From NCBI RefSeq assembly GCF_006345805.1, contig NC_043003.1:89156001-89220000 (forward strand): DNA of 64,000 nucleotides. Direction: 5' to 3'. This DNA comes from Octopus sinensis (taxonomy: Eukaryota). Numbering within the stretch: position 1 is the first letter of the stretch; each line of letters opens with the position of its first letter. Under the pieces are notes generated by a model. That model saw only the letters and a program-made list of their open reading frames with translations, made no database searches and was not told the DNA's origin. Positions 50,735-64,000 of this stretch are shown here, piece after piece. The translations under genes were made by a program, and so were the position numbers.

Positions 50735-53700
50735 TAATAATGGATTACCTGTCGGTTGGTTCTCATTGAATGATATTCAATAAAATTCTAAGCTTTAAGA
50801 AATTAAAATTTTAAAGTAGTATGTAGCCCAAATTAAAACATGCAGTCCTCAAAAATAGGGTAACCCTCGTTGAGACCTAATTTCACAGTGGCCTAAATAC
50901 ATATGGATATGACTATTTATTCATAATCCACACTGTAATCTGGTAAATAACTCTTCCTATACTTGTGAATTGAAGAAGAAAAAAACAAACTATTTTTTAA
51001 AAAAAACATTAATTCGCTGTTGATTTCATACACAAAAATGTAATTCATATATTTAAATATGGATATATCCTTAACTCTTCACAGGACTTTGTCTCCTAGT
51101 TTTCATGAAATTCCTTCACAATTTTGGAATCTAGTTATACTTGTTTGAAAGTGAAAGAATTAATCAGTTCTATTTCGATCATTGGAGGGGTGACAACTTA
51201 CGATAGTTGCACACAATGTCTGTGGGTGTCAGGTGCTTGTATTGAGATTGTAGTGATTATCCAAGGTGATAATTTACATCTTTTACACCTGATGCTCTCT
51301 TTTCAACAAACCATGTGTTCAGCTGACTTATTCTAATTATTGATAGATCTATTTAAGAAGAAATTAGTTAAAATAAGCTGTGGTTCTTTTTAATTTAATT
51401 ACATTAAAACTATATTATTTATTAATGTTTAAAGGATCCAGTTTCATGCTAGCTAGCAGTGACAATCCTGTAAACATTTCCTTGTTAGCCCCAGAGTCAG
51501 TGGTGAGCAAGCTTACTCCCTCCCTTTTTCTGTGTGACTAATTAAAAGCAATCTAGTCCTTATTTTAATTCAGTGTGCAATTTTCAAATTCTAAAGAAGA
51601 AATATTGTTTTCTTTTCGAGTGTGGGGCACCAATGAAAAGAAAGTGAAAATGTTTTGCTTAATAACTAAACTTTCATAAATTTTGATAAAAAAAATAAAG
51701 CACAATGTCTATCATAACCCCTCTATATCTTTCCTTCAGCTTTTCTCAAGGCTGTCATAAATTGAACAATCAAAAGTGTGCAATAAGTCAGGATAGAGCT
51801 TTAAAGTGTACTTATGAAGATCAAAGTTCTCCATAACCTAGAAAGAGTTTCTGACAGTCATATTGATGTGGCCTTTTTCAAATTTTAAATTTCCCTTTCA
51901 TTTATTATCTTTAGAAATTTGTTATTGTTGTTTGGTGTCTTCAGTTTTTTTCATCTCCTGTGTATGATCTATTTGACATTTTCAGAATTGCCCCTCCCCT
52001 CAAAACAAATGCAATCTAAATAGCAATATTGGTATCAAAACTTTTGCAACACATCAATATTCCACAGATTGAGGAAAAAACAAACAAAAAACTGATGCCT
52101 ATATAATCATTTTGATATCCCTATTAATGTTTTTTTTTTTAAATGTACAATTACTGGAAACTTGTTTTAATGGCTGCTATATACACATAACCATGTTGTC
52201 TTGGATGCAAATCTTGTCGGATAACATTAAAGGAGTGTAAAAATATTTTGAGATTGCGTGAAATGTTTCAAGTGGTTTTTGCAACCATTCTAATATGGGT
52301 TACTGCTGACTGCTCTGGTCTTGAAAGGGTTGAAATGATATAAACAAAAAATAATATATCTTTTAGATTCTGAAAGCTTTCTTTCTCAAGGTGATTGATG
52401 CTAATATTTACATCCAAATATTCAGTTCAGTAATTAGGCATATAACTAATGTTTGTCTGTCTGTTTGTCAAAAATATATTTGAAATGAAAATATTATATG
52501 GTTCATTTGTTTGTAGCTAAAGTACTAACAATCTGGCTATAGGGCTGTATTGAAAAGAAAGGTATATTGCATTTGTGCAGTGTGTGGATTTTTTTTTTTT
52601 TTTTTCTCTCTCTTTAAAATTTATCAAATTGTATGAAAATAACATGTTTTTTATTGGTAAACTTTGGTTCAGAAATACTTGGTTTCTTTTCATATCAGCA
52701 TGTCATGCATAACCATCTGTCTTTTAAACACATTGACAGTTGATTTCCTATGCTTACTTCTTATAGAGAGGCAATGACTTCCCAATTCAATACTATTTTA
52801 TTCTATCTTAAAATTTTCTTAAAGGTCCTATAAAAAAAGTCCTTAAATTCTAATATTTTTACTAATGAATTCTTCAATTAATAGTCAACAAGATACCAGA
52901 ACCATACTCCTCACTAAAGTATCCTGTTGCTGATATAACAATGTGTATCTCTTAACATTATAATGATGTGTACATACTGTTAATTTAAAGAAGTTTCTGG
53001 TGATCCAGTTCTTGTAGAGTGTGCATGGAGTGGTTGTCTCCTATATTTTCCATTTGGGGATAAATGTTCCCAGAAAATCTGGTACATATTTTTGTTAACT
53101 GGTTGAAATAAGACATGTATAATTAAAATAATCTGCAGACTCACTACAAAATTCCTGCATTGGATTTGAACTTCTGATTCTTTAGCTGTTTGTCTGGTTA
53201 ATCCAGTTCCAATTCTTAGTTTTTTTAGGTTGCAGAATTACTCTTAACCTCTCATCTTATCCTATATATCTTGAGGTGTATGTAGGAGGCCATTATTTTG
53301 TTGCTATATTAACTTCAACTGCTTACTTTGTTCATTTAGATGAAGCGTTATATTTTCTTTTAAGTTGTTTATAAAGTTTTATATCTATATTAGCCTTAAT
53401 GAAAAATTATCATACAAAGATATATTTGCTATCCTATAAAGATTATTCTAAAGTCTGGTATTACATGTGAAAAGTCTGATAAGATTGAAACATATTCAGA
53501 ATTGTCACTAACTATCAAAAATCAAAATCCCCAACTTAATTATATTGGTTAAAAGCTTCAATTTTTAACTAGTTTAAATTTCAGAGTTTTGCCCCTTACC
53601 TTTTTTTTTTAAACAGAATTGTCATTCTTGCTTTGTTTTTTTTTATTATAAATTAATTTTTATTGATTAAAAGTTTTTTTTGACTGACAACATTATGTTA

Positions 53701-56700
53701 GCCTGCACTTAATATATGTTCTTCATACTGAAAGCACTTCTGGGAAATTTTCCAATGTCAAATTAATGCATCCCTCCCTCTTAAATTTCATAGCCTTGAT
53801 TTCTTACAAAGGTACGAAGTATTAGTTGGTTAATAGGTGCAAGAAAATATGACCATATGGCATTGATGTCTCAAGAACATGAATGGTAAGTGGAGTGTTT
53901 ATTATCAAGAAGTATAAGTAAATCTATCCCTACCTTCTGCCAAGGGTTAACTTTATTATACATGCCCAAAGCTTGAAAGTAGAAATATCTAGCCTTTTTT
54001 TCTATTTAATTTAATACACTATTTAATATTTTTGGAAATTCTGTATCTACTTTGGATAGACACATCTATATTTGTAATATTCCTTACCTATTCAATTTTT
54101 GGAATATTTGTGTAACTTGAATTTTTAAACTTGTGTTAGGCATAATTGCTATAATCATAGTTATTTTATTTTGGCAGTAATGTTGAAATATTTTTCATAC
54201 TACATAATGAAGACATGTTCTGTCTCTTTGTCTATCTTAATCATCAAATCTATTTAGATGTGTGTATATCATGCGAGAGAGTTGATGGATGTGTTAAAAC
54301 TACATTTTACTTATAAATCCTGAAAATCTTTTCCGTTACATTTCGAAGAGCAGAAAATCGTACAGATATGAAAAACTTAATCTTTACTTCAAGAATGTGC
54401 TATTTTAGTTTTTTAGCAGAGAAAATATGATTTGAGAATATCTTGAATTCCTGAATGATACAAAATGTTAAAATATGTTTGGTGTTTTAAATGAAAGAAG
54501 AGAAAAAAATTTGAAGTGTTTTTTCTGTTTTTTTACAAGGTTGAATCCATTCTATATTCTAGGATATAGGGCTCTCATCTATACTATAAATAAGCTGTGT
54601 TCCAGTAAATGTCAGCCTTAAATCACTAACCTAAAACCTGAGCGGTAGATTGATTCCTACGACTCAAAGGTGATGAGCTGCCTTTGTACTAAATTTTATT
54701 TGCGACATATTTCATTGCCTTCATTAAAGTTTTCTTAGACAAAGAAATATATATTGGTAGTTAATTGGCTTCAAACAGGAATTTTAGGTAAATGTTTGTG
54801 TTTTTTCTAATTGTTGTGCATCATTATTTCAATATCCCACTACACACACACATCCCCACTCCCTTATCTTTGCCATCATGAATGGTAACCATTTAACACT
54901 TATTTGTGAATAGGGTCTTAAATGTCAAGGTAAGAAATATTGTGAGATGATAATGGAAGTGTAATCAAAACCTATAATTGTTTTCTTATTGAATGTATGG
55001 TGGGTGGTAATTGAGAACTAAGATTGAGGTCATGGCAAGTTAGGATATAGTGCTTTAAATGTGAAGAAAGCTGTCTCACCAATAACTAAAGGGTCAGTCA
55101 AAGCAAGAGATGGAAATGCACTGGTGTGCCACCAACTGGTTAAAATGCACCAACTTAGGTGAGCATATGGTAGTGGTGACGAGGGTGATAAGACAATGTA
55201 GATGATAACAGATTAATGTTTTATAAGTCTAAACAGTTCAAGTTTTGTTGCATTTATTTTATAGTTTTGAATTTGAAAATTGATTTTATGTATTCGAAAG
55301 AAGTATTTATCAGATTATCCATGATATCCCACTCTCAGTCTCCTGAAAGCAACATTGAAAATGAGTCACATTCAGAATTATAATCAATAATAATAATAAT
55401 AGTTTAACTAGTTGGCCCCTTGAAAAATTCACGGAAAACAAAAAAAATGTAGGCATCTATAAACAGTGTAATGTTTGTATATTATGACCGTTTCTTTTCA
55501 TTCTGAGGTCAACTTTGCTTTTTGTCCTTTCAGGGTCGATAAATTAAATACCAGTTGTGTACTGGGGTTGATCTAATTTCAGGCCTAGAAAAGTATTTGT
55601 GACAGTTACAGAATATAGAAAGTAATAATGTAATACCAATGACTATATAATCCAACCAAAATATTTGCTACACAAATGTAAACGGAATTACTATTTAACC
55701 TTAAAATACATTGTACATATTCAAAGAACCTTCTTGGTTTAGTGGTACGGAAAGTTTTGCTGGTATTTTATTCTTTTACTTGTTGCAGTCATTTGACAGT
55801 GGCCATGCTGGAGCACTTCCCTTTAGTCGAAGAAATTGACCCCTGGACTTATTCCCTGTAAGCCTGATGCTTTTTCTATTAGTCTCTTCTGCTGAACAGT
55901 TAAATTACAGGAATGCAAATGCGCCAACATCGAGAACGAAATAATAAATGGATTTATGAATGAAAGTTTGGTAATTGCGTTTATTTCCACCACACGACAC
56001 TTATTATTGCAAACATGTTTTAACTAACCTATACCACACACACACACACAAATACATTCATATATATATATGTCTTGAGTTGTAGTCATATTCTGTGTGA
56101 GGCTGAATCTCCCTGAGAACTATGTTATGCATGTCTGTGGAGTACTCAGCCATTTGTGAGTTAATTTTATCCTCATGTGGTAATGAAAAGTGAAATTGAC
56201 ATCCAATATTTGCTGTGTCTATGTATAAACTTTTCTTTGGATTTATGTATCTACTGTCTCTTTCACTTCCTTTTGTGTCCCTCTTCTCTCCTGCTTTTGA
56301 TTTAACAATGTCTATATGTATCTACTTCTCTTGTGATGTGATAAACATTTAAAAACACAAAACGAATGCTGTCACCACTCGCTCTCTCTTTCAATCTCAC
56401 TCACTCTCACTTTCTCTTTCTCTCTCACTTCCTCTCTATCCTCCTCTTGCTTTGCCACTTCTTTGAAGTAAGTGTGACACACATCAGGTACATACAAAAA
56501 CAGCAAGTTAGCATACTAATATTGATTTTTTTTTTTATCCAAGGCCAGCAACTCTTAGGGTAGCAAGCAAGTTGATTACATTGTCCACAGTACTTGACTA
56601 GTACTTTATTTTATTGTCTCCAGAGTTGGAAGAAATGCCTCTAAACATTTTGTTTGATGAGCTAAAGATTTTGTCAGCTTGCCACATTAATGATGACGAT

Positions 56701-57649
56701 ATTTTTTTTAATTTTGGGGTAACATCTGGGGTCATTCATATTAGAAGCAGTAAAGTAGTGAAGTCAGCTTTTCTTGACTGTACCTATCCTCTTACGACTG
56801 TGTGACCATGTGTCAGTGTTACAATTTATTATTACCATCATCGTTTATGTTGTAACTTTATAATAGACTAATATTCTGAAGTTAATAAAAAGAAGCCCAT
56901 TATACATATATATGTTTTTACAATGACTTTTATCTTGCACAGTGTCATCAGACTATCTGATGATCAAGCCAAAATTTCAGTCACTGTCAATCTTTTCTGT
57001 GTAAAAATTCATAAATCTATACTATAAAGTGTCGACTAATCCTTCAGTTTAATGTAAAATTGGTTTTTATATGTATCATTACATTAGAATAGACAATATA
57101 TATGTAATTGTGTTTAAACTATGTTTACACAAAAAGAAAATAGTGTTGAGTGTACAAATGACTAAAAGTATCTCTAGATAGAATATTTCAGCTTATATTC
57201 TGGAGTTCCCTATACTTTCCAATTCACTGGTGGTGTTGCCACATTAGTCTGCCAAACTGATGGTTTGAAATAATTATGAAATAGCTTGAGGATCTCGTTT
57301 CACCTTGAATTTAGCTTCTTCAATGAATTTTAGCCCATTCCACTGCCATTATTACTATGCATACTGGGATTTCATATTTGCAGATGTGTTGAAATTGATT
57401 AATTTAGCCAGTTCTCCATTCCTTTCCAGTTTTCCCAGGAGTCATTGAGGAAGAAGCCAGATAGCTAGGAGATAGAACATCATCACAAGTAAAGTTCTGC
57501 CATCAGGGTGTTTTCAGTCAGTTATATGATGATGGGTTTATAGATGGGAAGTAAGCTGTAGTTAACAAACTGCTCAGTCCATGTACTCTATCTGAAATCA
57601 ACTGACTATTTGATAATTATTGTGATGCAACTGGGAATAAACAAATGTA

Positions 57650-58460
57650 GAGAGAACATGTTCATGAGGGTGAGAGAAAACAGGGAGGGACTTAGAGGAT
57701 TGCCTTGTTGAATTCACTGTTATGAAAATATACTTCGATCCCTTAGTAAGGAAAACTTTAGAAAGGCTTGCAAGATGACGAAAATTGAGTGGCAGTCTTT
57801 TGCTGCAGAAAAATTCTTGTGATTGTATTAAGGTTTCCCGAAATTTGTTTTAAAGATTGCACTTTCTCCCATTATGTTAGTGGTTTATATTTTCTACTCT
57901 AGGCACAAGGCCCAAAGGTTTTGGGGAGGGGGATGCAGTCAATTAGATCAACTTCAGTACGCAACTGGTACTTAATTTATCAACCCCCAAAAGGATGAAA
58001 AGCAAAGTTGACTTCAGCTGAATTTGAACTTGGAACGTAAAGACATGAAATACCACTAAGCTTTTTGCCCGGCGTGCTAATGTTTCTGCCAGCTCACCAC
58101 CTTGTCAGTAGTTTATATTATCTTCTCAGGGCATGGAATGTCACTTCTATGTCTAAAACCATGCTGATTGCCATTTGATTAGGTTGAAATTGGGTTTGCT
58201 TAACTCTTGGCTATCTGGTCATACACAGTTTTCTAATCAAATGACATATAACTGAGGGTACCTTCCCCATCCTCATTTGATAATACCTGTCAAATTGCTT
58301 TAAAGAATGAGAAGCAGAGAATTCAGGAATATTTGTACTGGATCCTTGATAAACTTTGCTCCTTTACCAAGAGAATCTCCAGTGAAGTCTATCAAATTAT
58401 GGCCAAGGCCTGTCTGTCCCACCAGTTACTCTCTTTAAAGATAAAATGATTTTCCCCTCT
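57650..58460 (-). mobile_element. Very old CRE-like RT remnant, interrupted by a SINE
   Basis: Faint motifs IQQGNPLSP near 57700 and a GGTD.L-like stretch near 58420. Confidence 0.35.
57892..58102 (-). mobile_element. SINE with a Nin-like central domain
   Basis: ggtggtgagctggcagaa..gtcaactttgcttttcatcc..gataaattaagtaccag. 17-bp TSD tgttagtggtttatatt/tgtcagtagtttatatt. Fragments recur at about 40500-40630 and 55500-55590. Confidence 0.75.
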
Positions 58461-59487
58461 GATCTCCATTGAATGGAGGAAGTTGGCAGCCAGTACAACT
58501 AATATTTTGTGAAATTATTTTGATTGGAAGTGAGAAATATTTTTTGTGTTCAACATATTCTTTCATGGTCTTAGCTTTGATTGAGGAGAATGTCTCAGTT
58601 CTCTTGACAGCATATTAATCCAGTGAAACTAGTCTTGATTGTGGGTCATTGACTTATGTCATTAGAGTACTACCTGCCTACTTCATGTCTTACCAATGAC
58701 TTTTAGAAAGTTTCATTCAGTGTGTATTTGGTGATATATATACAATAGTGATAGAATATTACATATATGTGCACACACACATACAAATAAAATTTTTGGA
58801 GTGGAAATGCTTTTGATGTGTATATTGTTTTTAGAATGCTAGCAATATGCCAGTTCTGTTTTATATAAATTATTCATTTGATAAAAAAATTTACTAGAAC
58901 CAAATCTTCATATCACAACCCTAATTTTATAACAGGAAGAACTCAATGGAAAATATAGCCTTAAGTGGTCATGGCTGAAACATCTTTGAATATGGGTCTA
59001 CTTAATTAATGGTGACCCTGGAGCGAAATTACAAATTGCTTTTTTCTATATTTACCTTAGCCACACAAACCAATAACAAAATAATGCATATAATAATGAT
59101 GATTTTATTGTATACAGTGCTCATGTACACTACAGATAGTATGTGGTAATACTTGTAGGTTTAGATAGCTTCTCTCTCTCTCCTTTCAGAATACCTTCAA
59201 TGGAAAATATTTCTCAGATCTTTTAATAAATTATATTTACCAATGGGTGTATGAGATTTTGCTGTATCTATAGATACACAAATACATACACAATAACCTA
59301 GTTATTTGCCTCTAGATCATTTTCTTTTACAGTTATTTACAGCCTTCTTGGAATATTGGAACAAAAGACTTTCAGTAATAAACTCATTGAAAAATTCATT
59401 TTTCTGTTCGCATGTAATAACTATATTTGTGTATTTCTCTGAGTATGTGTTCATATGTATGCATTATATATATATATATATATATGT

Positions 59488-59543
<56 letters not shown>

Positions 59544-60483
59544 ATACACACAAATACGTGTATATATAAAACAAACTATGAATGAAACTCTTACGTGAAA
59601 CACATTGGAAATATTGTATATCTCTTTTTAAAATGTTTTAGACCTTGTTCTAATTTTTTTTCAATTTATTTTACTTGTGATGTATATTTTCATTTCCTCA
59701 TAAATAACATTTTAAATATGAAATGTTGACTTTTTTGTCTTTTAACGTTACACTTTTTATTATTACTGTTTGCATTTGTTAAAAAATGAAAACTTGCATA
59801 CTGAAATAGTCTCCAACCCAAATATAAACTAGAAACTTAGCAATAGGTTAAAAAGACAACAGCATCATGCTGATTTTTCTGTTATTTGGAGCGGGTGGTT
59901 TCTACCAAGAACTATTTCTTTTCCGTGCAAACTAAGGTCTTGTTCAGTTTTATATTTCTTTATTCTTTTTTTTAGCACTTAGAGAGTTTGTAAGAGACCT
60001 CTCCTAGTCCATTGGAAGGTATGTCTATCAATATGTGTCATCACCCTAGCTAGACGACCTGAGCTGGTTGGCCATATGACAGAAAACATTAATAATATGT
60101 GTATACACTTTTCTTCCTGGAAGAACTGGTTTCTGTTTTAGCTCCTAATATATCTTACAATTTAAAATAAAATTAAAAGTCACGTTATCAGTTGAATGTG
60201 TCAAAAGCTGCTCACTTTTGAGTAACATATGTATAATATCCATATATATGCAGATGGTTTTTATTTTCTTTTGTTTCTTTAAATACAAGAGTTCATTATA
60301 AAATTGTAAATAATTATTTGCATCACATTTTTTTTATATAAAAAATGTAATAGTTTTTTCTTAAGTCATGTCAACTCACATGCTAACATCATCTGATGGC
60401 TCTTTCAATTAATCATCTCTGTAAGATGTTTATCAATTTATAATCATTGTGTGTGTGTGTCTCTCTCATATATATATATAATG

Positions 60484-62607
60484 AGAGAGTACCTTGGTAG
60501 ATAAAGCAATTAAGACTATGAAGACAGGGAAAGCCCCTGGCCCATCAGGAATCACTGCAGAGATACTCAAAATAGGTGGTAGTGTCGGCTATAGTCTAGT
60601 CACCTGTATAGTTAACCAGGTGATACACAAAGAATCATACCCAATGACTTGTGTAGCAGCACCATAGTCAACTGCTACAAAGGTAAAGGTGACACTTTAG
60701 ATACAAATAATTACAGAGGTATCAAGCTGTTGGATCAGGTAATGAAGGTCACGGAGAGGGTCATAGCCCAACTAATTAGGGAGAGAGTCAGTTTGGATTC
60801 GTGCCAGGGAAAAGCACCACTGATGCTATATTTCTGGTAAGACAGCTGCAGGAGAAATACTTAGCCAGAGATAAACCTCTGTGCCTGGCTTCTGTTGACA
60901 TGGAGAAAGTTTTTGACAGGGTCCCCCGATCCCTTATCTGTTGGTCAATGCAGGTACTAGGGATAGATGAATGGTTAGTGAGAGCTGTATGAGCTATGTA
61001 CAGGAACGCCATCAGTAAGGTGAGGGTTGGCAACAAGTACAGTAAAGAATTCCGGGTAGAGGTAGGGGTCCACCAAGGTTCAGTCCTCAGCCCCCTCCTA
61101 TTTATCATAGTCTTCCAGGCAATAACAGGAATTCAAGACAGGATGCCCCTGGGAGCTCCCCTATACTGATGAGCTTGCCCTAATTGCTGAGTCATTATCA
61201 GAACTAGAGAAGTTTCAGGTGTGGAAGCAAGGATAAGAATCAAAGAGTCAACCTAGCTAAAACCAAAGCCCTAATAAGTAGGAAGGTAGACAAACCACAA
61301 ACCATAGAAAAGGTGTAGGTAGAAACTCTATAAGATGTACCCAGTGTAAATTATGGACACATAAGAGGTGCAGCAATATCAAAGGAAGGCTAATTAGGTA
61401 GTTTTTGTATGTGGCAGATGCTCAGGAGCAATAAACACTAAAAATGTGCAGAGAACCACAACTACCACATTCCAGGGAGAAAAACTAGAAGTAGTTGATA
61501 GCTTAGGTGACCTAGTCAGTAGTTGGGGAGGGTGCGCTGAAAGTGTAGCTACTAGAATAAGAATATCTTGGGCAAAGTTCAGAGAGCTCTTATCTCTGCT
61601 GGTGACAAAGGGCCTCTCGCTCAGAGTAAAAGGCAGACTGTACGATGCATGTGTACAAACAGCCATGCTACATGGCAGTGGAACATGGGCCATGACTGCT
61701 GAGGACATGCGTAAGCTCGCAAGGGATGAAGCCAGTATGATCCGATGGATGTGTAATGTCAGTGTTGATACTCGACAGAGTGAAAGTACCTTGAGAGAAA
61801 AGTTGGACCTAAGAAGCATCAGATGTGGTGTGCAACAGAGACAACTGCACTGGTATGGTCATGTGGCAAGAATGGATTAGGATAGCTGTGTGAAAAAGTG
61901 TCACACACTAATGGTTGAGGGAACCTGTGGAAGGGGTAGACCCAGGAAGACCTGGGATGAGGTGGTGAAGCACCACCTTCGAATATTGGGCCTCACCAAG
62001 GCAATGACTAGTGACTGAGACCTTTGGAAATACGCTGTGCGTGAGAAGACCCGGCGAGCCAAGTGAGACCATAACCTATGGCCTTTACCAGGGGTGTAAC
62101 CAGCCCACTTATGTGTACCTTTCCTTCTGTGGACACAAATCTCTGCTTGCGAAGACCTGTTGAGGCAAGTGAAACTGAAATCGAACCAAATTCCACTACT
62201 GGCACCCGTGCCAGTGGACGCTAACAGCTCTATCTGAGTGGGATCACTGAAGGAGCAGCTGACTGGCTTCTGTACCAGTGGCACGTAAAAAGCACCATCT
62301 GAGCTTGATTGTTACCAGCGTAACCTTCCTGGCATGTGAACAAAACATTCGAGCGAGGTCGTTGCCAGTGCCGCTGGACTAACTTCTGTACTGGTAGCAC
62401 GTAAAAAACACCATTTGAGCGTGGCCATTACCAGTACTGCCAGACTGGCACATAAAATCACCCACTACACTCTCAGAGTGGTTGGCGTTAGGAAGGGCAT
62501 CCTGCTGTAGAAACTCTGCCAGATCAAATTGGAGCCTGGTTCGCCAGTCCTCAGTGAAATCGTCCAACCCATGCTAGCATGGAAAGTGGACGTTAAATGA
62601 TGATGAT
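60484..62607 (+). mobile_element. 5'-truncated, decayed RTE family B copy
   Basis: NYRGIKLLDQVMKV, KSTTDAIF, partial PHD (first CxxC deleted), RLYDACVQTAML, shared 3' UTR and (TGA)n tail. Confidence 0.88.
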
Positions 62608-62782
62608 AGGAGAGATTGATAATATTGGTTTGTCTGGGACTTCAGATTTTTTTCCACTATTAACTAATTTCATTCTACTTAATATAAATCCCACTATCAA
62701 CAAATATTTTTATTGTTTTTCAAAAAGTTGATTAACACTACCAGATAATATACAGAAACACATGTATTATATATATATAATA

Positions 62783-63348
62783 ATGGGTTGTCTGGAAAGT
62801 TCGTGCTGATTTATAGTAGCTTACCTTTCAATTTATTTTAGTACATGGTTGAGTCCATAAAATAGGATTTGGCTACACCTCCATTTAAAGCACAGTTTAA
62901 GCTATCTTTTCGTGGAAGAAGGTTTATGTTCCTATAACCTGTGTTAATTCTGTAACCCTTTAAAATGGAAGATAAGAAAGTTCATTTTCAGTATCTGATG
63001 CTTTAGGAATGAGACAAAAATTACTGCAACTCAGCTGGGATGTATTACCCCACCCTCCATATTCATCAGATATTGCTCCTTCGGATTTCCACTTTCTCAG
63101 GTTTCTGCTGAATAGTCTTAATGGCAAAAATTTCAATTTCTTGGATGACGTGAAAATATACCTTGATGAATTCTTTGCCATGAAACCACCTCAACTCTAA
63201 AAAGAGGGTATTTTCAAGTTAAAGGAAAGATGGAGATGCATTGTGCAACAAAATGGTTCATATTTGGTTGATTAAAAATGTAATGGCAAGTATTTATTGA
63301 CCTTTTTCTTTCCTTTAAAAATCGGCACGAACTTTCCGGGCAACCCAA
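62783..63348 (+). mobile_element. Internally deleted mariner (566 bp)
   Basis: TIRs atgggttgtctggaaagttcgtgctgattt and aaatcggcacgaactttccgggcaacccaa, TA TSD. MEDKKVHF is joined to WDVLPHPPYSSDIAPSDFH. Confidence 0.88.
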
Positions 63349-64000
63349 TATATATATATTTGCATACATTTGTTCTTTAGTTTGTTTCAATATCTTATCC
63401 AATATAATACTATATATTATTAATAGTGTGTGAGAAATATATTTGTGTGTGTGTATGAATGGATATTATATTTTATGATGTTTGTGTATTGTAGACAATG
63501 CACAATTACAGTCAGCTATTTCGTCCCCTTTTTGATAAATCATTGAAAATATTTTCAATTTAGCTACAATTAAAACAAGTTTATAAAAACTGATGCATGA
63601 CAAACTCTCCAGAAACATGAAAGAAGAACTATTCAGAAATATTAAGTATAAAAGTAGATTATCTTAAAGCTTTTGGATCATGGTTATTAGTTTCTGTGAA
63701 CTTAACTACAACCACCTCCACTGCTTCAGTAAATGTTTCTACAGCTGGATCTTCAACATCTGTTTTTGTTGGCAATCTGAAGCAAGGGAGATATGTGCCT
63801 TCCTGAAGGTTAACACAATAGCGACAGGAAAACTTACTATGTGGGCAGTAGTTCAGCATCTTGACCACACAGCTATATGTGTGTGCGTATATATATATAT
63901 ACATATGCGTATATATATATATATACATATGTGTATATATGAATATATAATTAAGCAAACTACAAGGAATCTTGTACAGGTCTGCATCAGCAAGACTTGA

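Noticed and set aside
63690-63800. Possible minus-strand host exon (LPTKTDVEDPAVETFTEAVE) after a cttgcttcag acceptor
   Set aside because: Short, weak donor, no recognisable domain and no partner exon.

Overview
AT-rich eukaryotic genomic DNA, most likely from an octopus or other coleoid cephalopod. This is inferred from the SINE and LINE families and the (AT)n/(CA)n landscape, not from a database search. About the first 43 kb is a nested transposon graveyard containing four Penelope-like elements (PLEs), a HERO-type element, a Tx1/L1 element inserted into one PLE, a Ty3/Gypsy element split by another PLE, Tc1/mariner and hAT elements, SINEs, and two RTE LINE families. One RTE copy (35150-38601) is full length with an intact 1046-aa ORF and a target-site duplication (TSD). 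The other RTE family carries a PHD finger inside its RT. The only host gene is an intact, intronless 875-aa GRAF/ARHGAP26-type gene (BAR-PH-RhoGAP-SH3, 44910-47537), with a Kozak-context uORF upstream and nested GG-ended MITEs carrying telomeric repeats downstream. Several hammerhead ribozyme folds are visible; the best is an orphan at 7716-7810. All alignments, translations outside the ORF track and folds were done by eye, so the boundaries of decayed elements are approximate.
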